DNA from: Escherichia coli
Lineage (GTDB): Bacteria; Pseudomonadota; Gammaproteobacteria; Enterobacterales; Enterobacteriaceae
Strand: one strand, 5' to 3'
Length of the DNA: 27,246 nucleotides
Assembly (NCBI RefSeq): GCF_003334255.1
Contig: NZ_QOWU01000062.1
Made by a program: the position numbers and the translations under genes. Of the stretch, positions 7,451-15,589 are shown piece after piece; position 1 is the stretch's first letter; the number at the start of each line of letters is the position of its first letter. The notes under the pieces were generated by a model. It did not search any database. It saw only the letters and a program-made list of their open reading frames with translations, and was not told where the DNA came from.

Positions 7451-7678
7451 TTATCCACGGCGATTCCTTTTTGATGCATCATCCACATGCCATGCACTGG
7501 CAAGTGCCTCAGCAACCTGATAAAAGGAATGGCGTACCCGGGTGGTGCATCTTCCCCCGTCAGTAAGGTACTCAACAGCGGTGAGTTCCCCTCCACTTTC
7601 ATGGTCCGGGTAAAACTGTGTCACCTCATTACTGTCGATAATCACAGGCCCCGAAATTGTCTGCATTTTCAGTTTCAT
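7451..7678 (-). CDS. Small hypothetical protein (75 aa)
   Basis: ATG preceded by AAAGGGGA; its start overlaps the upstream gene's stop in an ATGA arrangement (translational coupling). Confidence 0.45.
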   Translation of the reverse strand: MKLKMQTISGPVIIDSNEVTQFYPDHESGGELTAVEYLTDGGRCTTRVRHSFYQVAEALASAWHVDDASKRNRRG

Positions 7679-7890
7679 TTCACTTGTTCCCCTTTGATAC
7701 GAATACCCGCGGTAGTGCAGACCTGTTCCAGTTCAGCCACCCTCCGCTCACTCGCATCCAGAGCATCAAGCACAACTTTTATTGCCACGGCATGCGCCAT
7801 CGTAGTGATTGCAGGAACAGATCCAGATAACAAAACACGCAACTGCATCCCGGCCTTCTCCAGATTCAACATTCCACTGATTTTTCTCAT
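7675..7890 (-). CDS. Small hypothetical protein (~71 aa)
   Basis: ORF-track ORF 7675..7950 trimmed to the internal ATG (MRKISGMLNL...), which overlaps the upstream gene's stop as ATGA. Confidence 0.4.
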   Translation of the reverse strand: MRKISGMLNLEKAGMQLRVLLSGSVPAITTMAHAVAIKVVLDALDASERRVAELEQVCTTAGIRIKGEQVK

Positions 7891-8597
7891 GAATGATTCT
7901 CCTGTTCCTGAAGGGCTGATATCTGTCGGCACCAATGAACAGCCTGACATGCTTCCTTTAATACCCAGTCAACAGCGTCTTTCCATGCTCCTGTTTCGAC
8001 GGGCGGTTTTTCACGCTTTACCTGTTCATAGAAACGCACTGCTTTAACCAGTCCTTCCGGTACTACTGGCGATGACTGTTTAGCTTCTAAATCAGCAATT
8101 CTGTCAACCACGGCATCGACGGCATCTGAAAAGCCGAACCAGTTACTCCACTCCGGCCTATCCCCGGTTGCTGCAAAATACATATCAGCTAAAGCAGACT
8201 CAGCATGGTCACGCTCGTTGATGAGTTGCTCTTCGATTTTCTCCAGTTCAGCAATGCGCTTACCCCCATCCGAGATAACATCTTCATAATATTCACGCTG
8301 CACGTTGAGTTTTGATTTTGTCTCCTCAAGCTCAACGCGCAGCTTCCCAACCGTAAGAGCAATATCCTCATTCTCCTGGTCGCGGGATTTAATGTATTGC
8401 TGTTTTTCGTCCAGCTCATCCAACAGCTCGGAGATAATATCCACTTCCCGATGACGGATGTGATGCTTAAACGCATCCAGAGCCGCATCACAATCCCGTT
8501 CAGCAGTTGGGCTGTCCGGGATTGCCTGATACCACGCCAGCGTCGACTGATAGTTTTGTGCAGCCTTACGCAGTGACTGATAGTCAATCTTGTTCAC
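7887..8597 (-). CDS. Coiled-coil protein, tentatively Ead/Ea22-like (paralogue A)
   Basis: N-terminus MNKIDYQSLRKAAQNY... parallels the neighbouring paralogue; an AELE-type coiled-coil core; ATGA overlap with the upstream gene. Family assignment from memory of prophage Ea22-like proteins. Confidence 0.45.
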   Translation of the reverse strand: MNKIDYQSLRKAAQNYQSTLAWYQAIPDSPTAERDCDAALDAFKHHIRHREVDIISELLDELDEKQQYIKSRDQENEDIALTVGKLRVELEETKSKLNVQREYYEDVISDGGKRIAELEKIEEQLINERDHAESALADMYFAATGDRPEWSNWFGFSDAVDAVVDRIADLEAKQSSPVVPEGLVKAVRFYEQVKREKPPVETGAWKDAVDWVLKEACQAVHWCRQISALQEQENHS

Positions 8598-9202
8598 TGG
8601 TTGCCTCCTTTGCGAAGCTCTGCGGCAAAGTCAACTAACCACTCGGTCATTTCAACCTTCCCTACCAGGTCTGAACCAGGAAACATACAGCAATCACTCT
8701 GCGCCGCTTTGAAATCCTTATACTCATATTCCTGAGCCACCAGATTTTTTGCAGCTTCTATAACAGCATCCACCCCCTGCGCCCGTACTTCAGCCAGGAA
8801 AGCGTCGGTGGCTGTGGTTTTGATTTCGTTAAGCGCATCACTGAATCCACCACGCTCCATACCTGGCTCTGCTTCGTAATCGGCATCGAATTCAGCGTCT
8901 TTGCAGAACTTCTTCAGCTTTGCATTCTCCGCCGCCAGCGCCGAAAACGTCTCGTGTGCCAACTTAACAGCCGCATCAGCCTGCTTAATTGACTCAGTCG
9001 CTTTCTGGTGATCTTCGGTCATCGCCGATAAATTAGCCTCCAGTTCGGCTATGCGTTTGCTTTGGGCTTCCCGTTCATCCAGCAGAGCCTGCACAATCGA
9101 TGGTGTTACCAGCTCATGGAAAAGGTCCGCGTCAAATCCCCTGTCGTCATGCATTGCCTGCTCTGCCGCCTCACGCAGTGTCTGATAGTTAATCTTGCTC
9201 AC
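8594..9202 (-). CDS. Coiled-coil protein, tentatively Ead/Ea22-like (paralogue B)
   Basis: N-terminus MSKINYQTLREAAEQA... followed by SIVQALLDEREAQSKRIAELEANL; clearly paralogous to 7887..8597. Confidence 0.45.
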   Translation of the reverse strand: MSKINYQTLREAAEQAMHDDRGFDADLFHELVTPSIVQALLDEREAQSKRIAELEANLSAMTEDHQKATESIKQADAAVKLAHETFSALAAENAKLKKFCKDAEFDADYEAEPGMERGGFSDALNEIKTTATDAFLAEVRAQGVDAVIEAAKNLVAQEYEYKDFKAAQSDCCMFPGSDLVGKVEMTEWLVDFAAELRKGGNQ

Positions 9203-9446
9203 TGGTTGCCACCTGATTTTCAGCCTTCAGCACCATGCGGGAGCCATCTTCCATTTCCCACATAATTTCACCACCTTCTGCCATGACCAGATGCCAGACA
9301 AGCTGAGCCGCCTCGTTGGTTACATCGCGGCCGGGATCATTTCCGACACGAAGACTGGTTCCGTCGTCAAGATTACGCATTTTTGCCAGCACGATAGTTT
9401 TTGAAAACGGAGAAAAACCCAGCTGGAGTCTTGCTGCATTACTCAT
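9189..9446 (-). CDS. Small hypothetical protein (85 aa)
   Basis: Complete ORF with ATG preceded by GAGGTGG; overlaps the downstream paralogue start by 14 nt. Confidence 0.4.
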   Translation of the reverse strand: MSNAARLQLGFSPFSKTIVLAKMRNLDDGTSLRVGNDPGRDVTNEAAQLVWHLVMAEGGEIMWEMEDGSRMVLKAENQVATSEQD

Positions 9447-9455
9447 CTTTCCACC

Positions 9456-9704
9456 TCACTTCAGTCTCATGTTGTTGTATCGTTCATGACTCAACAGGGC
9501 CCAGGTCAGCCCTTTATTCCGGCTCAGTAACCGCCAGTCAGGACCAACATCAATCTTGAAATAACCAAATCCCCTTTCCTTCAGTTCATGATAATTCCGC
9601 TCTCCACGACGGAAGCGATTGACCAGTTCAACCGCCTTACGCTGACTGGCGGGAGGGACGCCCGGACTTGTCAGCACTCCGGGAACCAGTTCTGTCATCT
9701 TCAT
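9456..9704 (-). CDS. Small hypothetical protein (~82 aa); C-terminal pattern faintly reminiscent of RelE/ParE-fold toxins (weak)
   Basis: ORF-track ORF 9456..9746 trimmed to the ATG (MKMTELV...) that overlaps the upstream stop as ATGA. C-terminal ...GFGYFKIDVGPDWRLLSRNKGLTWALLSHERY resembles the beta-strand/His pattern of RelE-like toxins only loosely. Confidence 0.4.
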   Translation of the reverse strand: MKMTELVPGVLTSPGVPPASQRKAVELVNRFRRGERNYHELKERGFGYFKIDVGPDWRLLSRNKGLTWALLSHERYNNMRLK

Positions 9705-10279
9705 GACGCACTCCTTACCTGATCCGGATTTCCGGTTGTATGCCACCCTCTGACGGCATGCCAGATGGCCGTCAGTGGAATGTTCATCTGTTCAGCACAA
9801 AGCATCATGACATCCAGCCCATCCACACTCTCCACATCATTGATCCCGGCTTTCTGCCACAACCGCCAGAGTTCAGAATTCTCATCGTCACTCAGGGTGA
9901 TCCCCCTTCCGGGACGAACATCAATACCGGAGATACGACGCCGCGCAGCCACATCCACGCTGGAAAGACCAAAATAAAACGCCATGAGTTCGATAGACCC
10001 ACCCAGCGCCAGAGCGCGATCGATTCGCTGCAGACGTTTCTGTTCAGTCCGCGCCTGCTGCAACATGCGCACAAGATTGTTGTGGTTAATATCCAGCCGC
10101 AGCACCGACACTTCTGAATTTGACAGATAGTGAATTTCTTCAATGCTCAGCCCCTGCAGCATCTGCATTTCTTCCCGGGAAAGCCCCAGCGCTTCACATC
10201 GCCGCAGATAGCCACTCTTGAGATCCATCACCAGTTGCATCAACAGCCCGTTGGTGGCCTGTGATAAGTTGTTACTCAT
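9701..10279 (-). CDS. Conserved ICE hypothetical protein (192 aa)
   Basis: Complete ORF with GGAGG upstream of the ATG; ATGA overlap with the upstream gene; sits in the syntenic block after parB. Confidence 0.5.
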   Translation of the reverse strand: MSNNLSQATNGLLMQLVMDLKSGYLRRCEALGLSREEMQMLQGLSIEEIHYLSNSEVSVLRLDINHNNLVRMLQQARTEQKRLQRIDRALALGGSIELMAFYFGLSSVDVAARRRISGIDVRPGRGITLSDDENSELWRLWQKAGINDVESVDGLDVMMLCAEQMNIPLTAIWHAVRGWHTTGNPDQVRSAS

Positions 10280-11007
10280 ACCTCACCTCCGCCCGATATC
10301 AGGCTTTCAGGTCTCAGATTCCGGGAACCAACACCATGATGCAGTGTTGCCTTTTTACCCTCGCTGTATCCCTGCCAGCGTGCACGATCACCACCATTAC
10401 AGTCCTTAACATTCCGGAAGGCAGCCATTCCCTCAAATTGCTGTCTCTTCAGCCACGTCTTCATTACACGCGTCTCATCTTCCGTGAGCGGGAATGCATC
10501 CACCACATCACGCACCCCATAAACCCAGCCGTCACGAAACATGGCTGCTCTTGCCCTTCGGGTTGACAATTTTAATGTCCGGCTCTGGGTTGAAAGATAC
10601 GCCTTTGTTGCCTTTTGCATCTGCCGGCAGAGAACATCAAAGGCATACGCCGCCACAACCGGGCGCTCCCCAAAGCCATAAAATATGACAACCCGCCGCC
10701 AGTACCTTCCGGTTGTGATACGCCAGTCCAGGTATGTATGGCATCCGAATGCCTCTGCAACAACATGCATAAGGCGCCCCATCCATACCGGAACTTTTTC
10801 CGCTTCTGACGGGGCCCCCTTTGATGACGAGGTCTTTATCACCGAAATATCAGTATCCAGTTCAGTGATACCGTGCTTGCGCATCAGCGCCTGAGCACGG
10901 GAAAGTGCCTGGCCTGCCTCATGGGGGTTACTGTTATTCCGGCTCAGCGCCAGCAGTTTTCTTATCCGTTTAATCAGTTGATCCTGACGTGCGGCATCAG
11001 CATTCAT
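10276..11007 (-). CDS. DUF2786-like conserved ICE protein
   Basis: ORF-track ORF 10276..11109 trimmed to the ATG of MNADAARQDQLIKRIRKLLALSRNNSNPHEAGQALSRAQALMRKHGI (an N-terminal motif recalled as typical of DUF2786). The longer track N-terminus would overlap parB by ~110 nt. Confidence 0.55.
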   Translation of the reverse strand: MNADAARQDQLIKRIRKLLALSRNNSNPHEAGQALSRAQALMRKHGITELDTDISVIKTSSSKGAPSEAEKVPVWMGRLMHVVAEAFGCHTYLDWRITTGRYWRRVVIFYGFGERPVVAAYAFDVLCRQMQKATKAYLSTQSRTLKLSTRRARAAMFRDGWVYGVRDVVDAFPLTEDETRVMKTWLKRQQFEGMAAFRNVKDCNGGDRARWQGYSEGKKATLHHGVGSRNLRPESLISGGGEV

Positions 11008-12622
11008 CGCGCCCTTCCTCACTCTCGTCTTCCACCATACGCTGCAGCCCCCGCAGACGACGCAACACACCCAGCAGGCGAAGCAACTTTCCTGCATGTT
11101 CATCATCAAGCAACGGCAGGTCTTCTTCAGTACTGCCGCCGATCAGCAGTGCATCAAGGGAAACCGGATTGACCCGCAGAACCTCCTCACCGGTCAGTCT
11201 GACAAGAAATGCCATGACCGGTGAGCAATTTGCCTCTGCCGCACCAAATCCTGCAGACAGCTCACTTTCCCGGTCCATCGCTATCTCATCGACACAGCCT
11301 GTATGTGACGCCAGATCCCATGCGAGGTGAAACGCCTCATTCTGCAAAGATTCGATATCATCCTGTTCAGCACCAGTGAATGCAGATGCCTGGCGAAATT
11401 CTCCCCCCTCCTGCATGGCGTTATCTTCCGGCATTATCGGTATATCAGTTGACGCACCGGTCGCATCCTCTCCGCAATCACCGCTGTATGAGTCTTCACC
11501 ACCATACATATCCGGTTGAACTTCCGTTCTGCGTTGTTCGCGTTTATCTGCGACCGGGCGGTCCTCTTTCTCAGCCCCTGATTGCGCAGTATCCATGACG
11601 CTCTCACTGTCTGCGGGAGTGGCGGCAACGACCTGAGCAGCTTCCGTCGCCCCGCCTGACGCCACCTGCGCCCCCGGTTCCGGGGGGCTGTCCGCCGGCA
11701 TGAGTACCGGTTCAGGTTCACCAAAATGGTGACGTCGATTACGCTCCCGGGGATCCAGCTCCAGCAACCAGCGATCGTAATCCAGTACCGGATGTGGCAG
11801 AGCCTTCAGCAGGTCACCGATCAGCTCGTCCCTGAACATTTCCATGGACCAGAGTTCCGGCGAGTTGAATTTGCCGCAACATTCACCAAACACGCGATCA
11901 AAATCCACATCGTTTTCCGCCGCGACTGCAAACTGCCCCCAGATGCGTTCCGCATCCTGCCGGAGAGACAGTAAGGCTCTGACCTGTGGGCTCCCCATAC
12001 CTGACTCCAGAAGATCAGGGATCCACGGATACAGATATTTCAGTGCGTTCTCCATCCGGCTGATACTGGATGCGTCCACAGGCAATCCCTGCTCAGTCAA
12101 AAGAGATGACAGTTCACGCATCGACACACTTTTGCTTAATTGCTCTTCATAAATCATCCGTGCTTTATGGATTCCCTGAGCCTTTTCAATAAACGTCAGT
12201 TCGCCCCTGACTTCATTCTCAGCCAGATGGCCAATGACACACTGAAGCCGCCCCGGCCACGGTTTGAAAAGCACATGAATACGGTAGAAACGCTGCTCGC
12301 CGGTCTCCTCCCACAGTTCTCTCAGGATCTGATAACGAGTGTTACCACCATCGCTGAAGATGTAGATATCCGGCTCACTCTCCGGTATCCGGGTGACCTT
12401 TGGCACCGTATCCAGTCCGCGGGAGAAAATTGAACTTTTAATATCGTCGTACCGGGGATTGCGCGTGGTTCTCGGGTTATCAGGATTAGGGCGCAACTGA
12501 TCCAGCGTCAGAACCATGGGCGTTTCCCCCAGGGCAACCACGTTACCGGTCTTACTGGTCTGGCGCCCCGGTTGCATGATGGCGGCCCCCAGATCAAGGG
12601 AATGATTTCGCTTAATTGACAT
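10997..12622 (-). CDS. parB: Large ParB-like partition/nuclease-domain protein
   Basis: ParB N-terminal-domain-like segment (LTLDQLRPNPDNPRTTRNP...YIFSDGGNTRYQILRELW) and a long acidic C-terminal region. Start placed at the ATG of MSIKRNHS, 8 nt downstream of GGAGG, just after the dnaB-like stop. Confidence 0.75.
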   Translation of the reverse strand: MSIKRNHSLDLGAAIMQPGRQTSKTGNVVALGETPMVLTLDQLRPNPDNPRTTRNPRYDDIKSSIFSRGLDTVPKVTRIPESEPDIYIFSDGGNTRYQILRELWEETGEQRFYRIHVLFKPWPGRLQCVIGHLAENEVRGELTFIEKAQGIHKARMIYEEQLSKSVSMRELSSLLTEQGLPVDASSISRMENALKYLYPWIPDLLESGMGSPQVRALLSLRQDAERIWGQFAVAAENDVDFDRVFGECCGKFNSPELWSMEMFRDELIGDLLKALPHPVLDYDRWLLELDPRERNRRHHFGEPEPVLMPADSPPEPGAQVASGGATEAAQVVAATPADSESVMDTAQSGAEKEDRPVADKREQRRTEVQPDMYGGEDSYSGDCGEDATGASTDIPIMPEDNAMQEGGEFRQASAFTGAEQDDIESLQNEAFHLAWDLASHTGCVDEIAMDRESELSAGFGAAEANCSPVMAFLVRLTGEEVLRVNPVSLDALLIGGSTEEDLPLLDDEHAGKLLRLLGVLRRLRGLQRMVEDESEEGRDEC

Positions 12623-14000
12623 ACGCATTGCCTCCGGAACGGTCAAAATTCCAGCCACGTTCAAACGGTGAAAACAGGGTGTAACGACCATCGAAGCTCA
12701 CCCGTATCGTACCGGTCGGTCCCTGTCGCTGTTTGCTCACAATGATTTCCGCCACGCCCTTATCCAGAGTGCCGGGGTTGTAAACCTCGTCACGGTAAAT
12801 AAACATAATGAGGTCAGCATCCTGCTCCAGCGCCCCGGAATCACGCAGGTCACCGTTGTTTGGTCGTTTATCTGCCCGCTGTTCCACCTGTCGGTTAAGC
12901 TGCGACAGTGCGAGCACAGGGCATCCAAGTTCTTTCCCCAGCGACTTGAGGGCTCGGGATATTTCCGCAATCTCCTGAGTGCGGTTTTCCTGGTCCGGTG
13001 AACGAATCAACTGGAGATAATCGACCATTATCAGGGAAGGTCTGCCATACAGACGCACATAACGACGGGCACTGGCGCGCAGTGATGACGGAGTCTGAGA
13101 TGACGTGTCATCAATGATCAGGCGGTTACCTTCACCGGCAAATGTCCCCTCCTGCATGAACTCACCCATTGTTGCCGTAAGTCTCGCCCACTCCTCATCG
13201 TCCATCATGCTGCTGCGAAGACGAGTCAGCTCCACCCGGGACAGCATCGACAGGGTACGCAGAATCAGCTGCTCCCTGGACATTTCTATGCTGAACAGGA
13301 ATACCGTTTCATCGGTCCGCTCACGCAGGGCATTAAGACACAGAGTGAGTCCAAGGGCCGTTTTCCCCATCGACGGACGTGCTGCCAGAAGGATAAGATC
13401 CCCGGGCTGCAGGCCACAGGTCATCTCATCCAGTTCATCAAACCCCGTTGGGGTGCCCGTCATCCCGCCCGCCCTCAGTCCTTCTTCCAGCTGACGCAGG
13501 GCCAGCTCCATTGCGGAGGAAAGGCTCACTTCACTGCGCTCATGCAGCATGCCTGTCTGGGAAAGAGAAAAAAGTCGCCGTTCCGCGGATTCAAGAACTG
13601 CGCGCGGAGTGGCATCCGGCGATGCAACATCAGCAACCAGAGAATTACCGGTTTCCTGAAGCTGCCGCAGCATACTCTTTTCCGCCACAATACGGACATA
13701 AGCCATGATATTGGCTGCTGAAGGTGTATTCTTACTGAGCTCAGCCAGGTAAGCGAAGCCGCCCAGTGCCTCAATATTGTGCGTTTTCTCAATATGCTCA
13801 CTCAGCGTGATGAGGTCGAACGGCTGACCGCTGACTGCCAGCTCTGACATAGAGCGGAATATCACCCGGTGCACAGCCAGAGAAAAATCCTCCCCCCTGA
13901 GCATCAGCACCACTTCATCCCAGCGATCATTATCAAGCATCAGGCCGCCAAGCACAGCCTGTTCAGCATCAACGGAGCGCGGAATATAGCGTTCAGCCAT
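12612..14000 (-). CDS. dnaB: Replicative DNA helicase, DnaB family
   Basis: N-terminal domain motif (ERYIPRSVDAEQAVLGGLMLDN), Walker A (GARPSMGKTALGL) and DYLQLI-type RecA-like core in the ORF-track protein; GGGAGGA upstream of the ATG. Confidence 0.9.
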   Translation of the reverse strand: MAERYIPRSVDAEQAVLGGLMLDNDRWDEVVLMLRGEDFSLAVHRVIFRSMSELAVSGQPFDLITLSEHIEKTHNIEALGGFAYLAELSKNTPSAANIMAYVRIVAEKSMLRQLQETGNSLVADVASPDATPRAVLESAERRLFSLSQTGMLHERSEVSLSSAMELALRQLEEGLRAGGMTGTPTGFDELDEMTCGLQPGDLILLAARPSMGKTALGLTLCLNALRERTDETVFLFSIEMSREQLILRTLSMLSRVELTRLRSSMMDDEEWARLTATMGEFMQEGTFAGEGNRLIIDDTSSQTPSSLRASARRYVRLYGRPSLIMVDYLQLIRSPDQENRTQEIAEISRALKSLGKELGCPVLALSQLNRQVEQRADKRPNNGDLRDSGALEQDADLIMFIYRDEVYNPGTLDKGVAEIIVSKQRQGPTGTIRVSFDGRYTLFSPFERGWNFDRSGGNAYVN

Positions 14001-14023
14001 GGTGTATCCTCCCTCTCTGACTG

Positions 14024-14234
14024 CCGGAAACCCGGCTATGTGAAAAAAGGAAAAAGGGTGCCGGACGAACAGTTGCAGGGCATAAAATGCCCATAACTGC
14101 CTGTACGTTTTCAGACCGGTGAGTTTGCCGACCCCGGTCTGAAGGTACGGACAGCATCTTTATATTCATAACACTTTGACTTAATAAGGAAAAAATATGA
14201 ATACAAGTTATCAACAACTGCCGTCCGGCATTGG
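14024..14234 (+). repeat. Copy A of a duplicated ~210-bp structured module (promoter / 5' leader of the 132-aa ORF)
   Basis: About 85-90% identical by eye to 15308-15516. Contains hairpin cagtt-gca-gggcat[aaa]atgccc-a-taactg (14070-14099) and a perfect 10-bp hairpin ttcagaccgg / ccggtctgaa (14110-14143); ends in AAGGA-N6-ATG of the 132-aa ORF. Confidence 0.7.
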
Positions 14235-14595
14235 TTCTGAAGTGAAATACACCCTGCAGTTCTGGCTGCTGAGTAACGGAAAGGTCATGACGGAAAAAGA
14301 CGGGCTCTGTAACCCCTTTCCCCTGAACTGTATTGAATCGGCTCATCCTTTTACTCCGTTTCAGCAGAATCAGTGGGTTGAACTGGACACTGTCGGGCCG
14401 AATGGACCGGTGAAAGCGACATTCCTTGTGCACAGCGTTCTGTATAAACTGAAACGTCAGGGTGGCTCCCTGAATGATGCCGGCCGGCCTGAATACGGCC
14501 GGTGCATTGCTCACTGGCACACTGACGTGTTTGTTGAGAAAAAAGCGCTGCCTGACTGGCTGAGAGCATTCCACACTGACGTTTCGCACTCGTAA
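14197..14595 (+). CDS. Hypothetical protein (132 aa); the only plus-strand gene inside the element
   Basis: RBS AAGGA 6 nt before the ATG; CUG-rich leucine codon usage; followed by a 10-bp-stem hairpin cccgacgggt...acccgtcggg (~14618-14651). Confidence 0.5.
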   Translation: MNTSYQQLPSGIGSEVKYTLQFWLLSNGKVMTEKDGLCNPFPLNCIESAHPFTPFQQNQWVELDTVGPNGPVKATFLVHSVLYKLKRQGGSLNDAGRPEYGRCIAHWHTDVFVEKKALPDWLRAFHTDVSHS

Positions 14596-15253
14596 AAACA
14601 CGTTCAGCCCGACGGGTCATATTTTCCAGCCACCCGTCGGGGAAAATGTCAGCACCATCACGGGGAAACAAAATCGCTTTCCATTCAGGGTATGAGCGCG
14701 GAATACCTCCGGAAGCATTCCGGCTCAGACAGCGACTCACAGTGCAGGCAGCACGGAATGCATATGTTGCGATGCTCTCATCATATGTTGCGATGTTCTC
14801 ATTATTGCCTTTCTGCCGTTCCACCCGCTCTTCAGCATCAAATGCCAGTGCAGCAAGGCTTGCCCAGCACATGCAGTTCACTGAATTCCCCGGAACGCTC
14901 TGCAGCTCCCGGCGCACCATGTTGACCTCAGCACTGAAAAAAGCGTTCTCATCGCCTTCAAGGGCAGCCAGATGCAGCGGAAGCCAGACCTGACTGAACC
15001 ATTCGCACATCCGTTCCCGGTTACTGACGGTCATCACTGTCTCCGGGCGGGAACCGTCCTGAAAAACATGTCCGGTGCGTGGAGAACTGTATGAAACATA
15101 ACCACCGTGCACCGCAATGACCGGACGACCTGACGCCGGAAGCCCCACACGACACCCACTGGCAATCCGGGTCATCAGCAGGTTCAGTTCAGCCAGTAAT
15201 TCAGGGCGGGTTAAGACCGCCGGAACCGGAGAATATTTCACTGAGGAAGACAT
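14351..15253 (-). CDS. Hypothetical protein; N-terminal ~160 aa convincing, C-terminal extent uncertain (possible read-through or pseudogene)
   Basis: ATG at 15253 preceded by GGAGGTG. The N-terminal half has ordinary composition. An in-frame 21-bp tandem duplication sits at 14761-14802. The last ~80 codons overlap the 132-aa plus-strand ORF in antisense and are Q/S/C/A-rich, as expected for a shadow reading of a CUG-rich gene. Confidence 0.4.
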   Translation of the reverse strand: MSSSVKYSPVPAVLTRPELLAELNLLMTRIASGCRVGLPASGRPVIAVHGGYVSYSSPRTGHVFQDGSRPETVMTVSNRERMCEWFSQVWLPLHLAALEGDENAFFSAEVNMVRRELQSVPGNSVNCMCWASLAALAFDAEERVERQKGNNENIATYDESIATYAFRAACTVSRCLSRNASGGIPRSYPEWKAILFPRDGADIFPDGWLENMTRRAERVFTSAKRQCGMLSASQAALFSQQTRQCASEQCTGRIQAGRHHSGSHPDVSVYTERCAQGMSLSPVHSARQCPVQPTDSAETE

Positions 15254-15307
15254 ACTTTCACCTCCATATCTCTCAGCCCGCCAGGTGCGTCACTTCCCCG
15301 CAGAGAA

Positions 15308-15516
15308 CCGGAAACCTGGCTATATGAAAAAAGGGAAAAGGGTGCCGGACGAACAGTTGTCGGGAATAAAATCCCGGTAACTGTCTGTACGTTTTCAGAC
15401 CGGTAAGTTTGGCGACCCTGGTCAGAAGGTACGGATAGCATCTTTATATTCATAACAAATTGAATTAAAAAGGAAAAAGATAAATACAAAGCATCAACAA
15501 CTGCCGTCCGGCATTG
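15308..15516 (+). repeat. Copy B of the duplicated ~210-bp structured module, followed by a decayed remnant of the 132-aa ORF start
   Basis: The first hairpin is kept with different paired bases (cagtt-gt-cggga[ataaaa]tcccg-gt-aactg, 15354-15383). The second hairpin is weakened, the ATG is changed to ATA, and similarity to the ORF ends after about 13 codons. Confidence 0.7.
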
Positions 15517-15589
15517 ATAACAACCATGATGAGGATGGCAACATGGCAAAATATTATGAAAACTGGAAATTGTTCTCGCTTAACCTGAA

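Noticed and set aside
13869..14096. Small plus-strand ORFs 13869..14096 and 15117..15380 sharing the peptide KPGY(V/M)KKGKRVPDEQL
   Set aside because: The shared peptide comes from reading through the duplicated non-coding module; both ORFs begin inside minus-strand genes (dnaB and the 300-aa ORF) and are better explained as artefacts of the repeat.
14351..14595. C-terminal 80 residues of ORF 14351..15253 as genuine coding sequence
   Set aside because: Q/S/C/A-rich low-complexity translation, exactly antisense to a CUG-rich plus-strand ORF with its own RBS; more likely a shadow reading. The N-terminal part of the ORF is kept as a feature.
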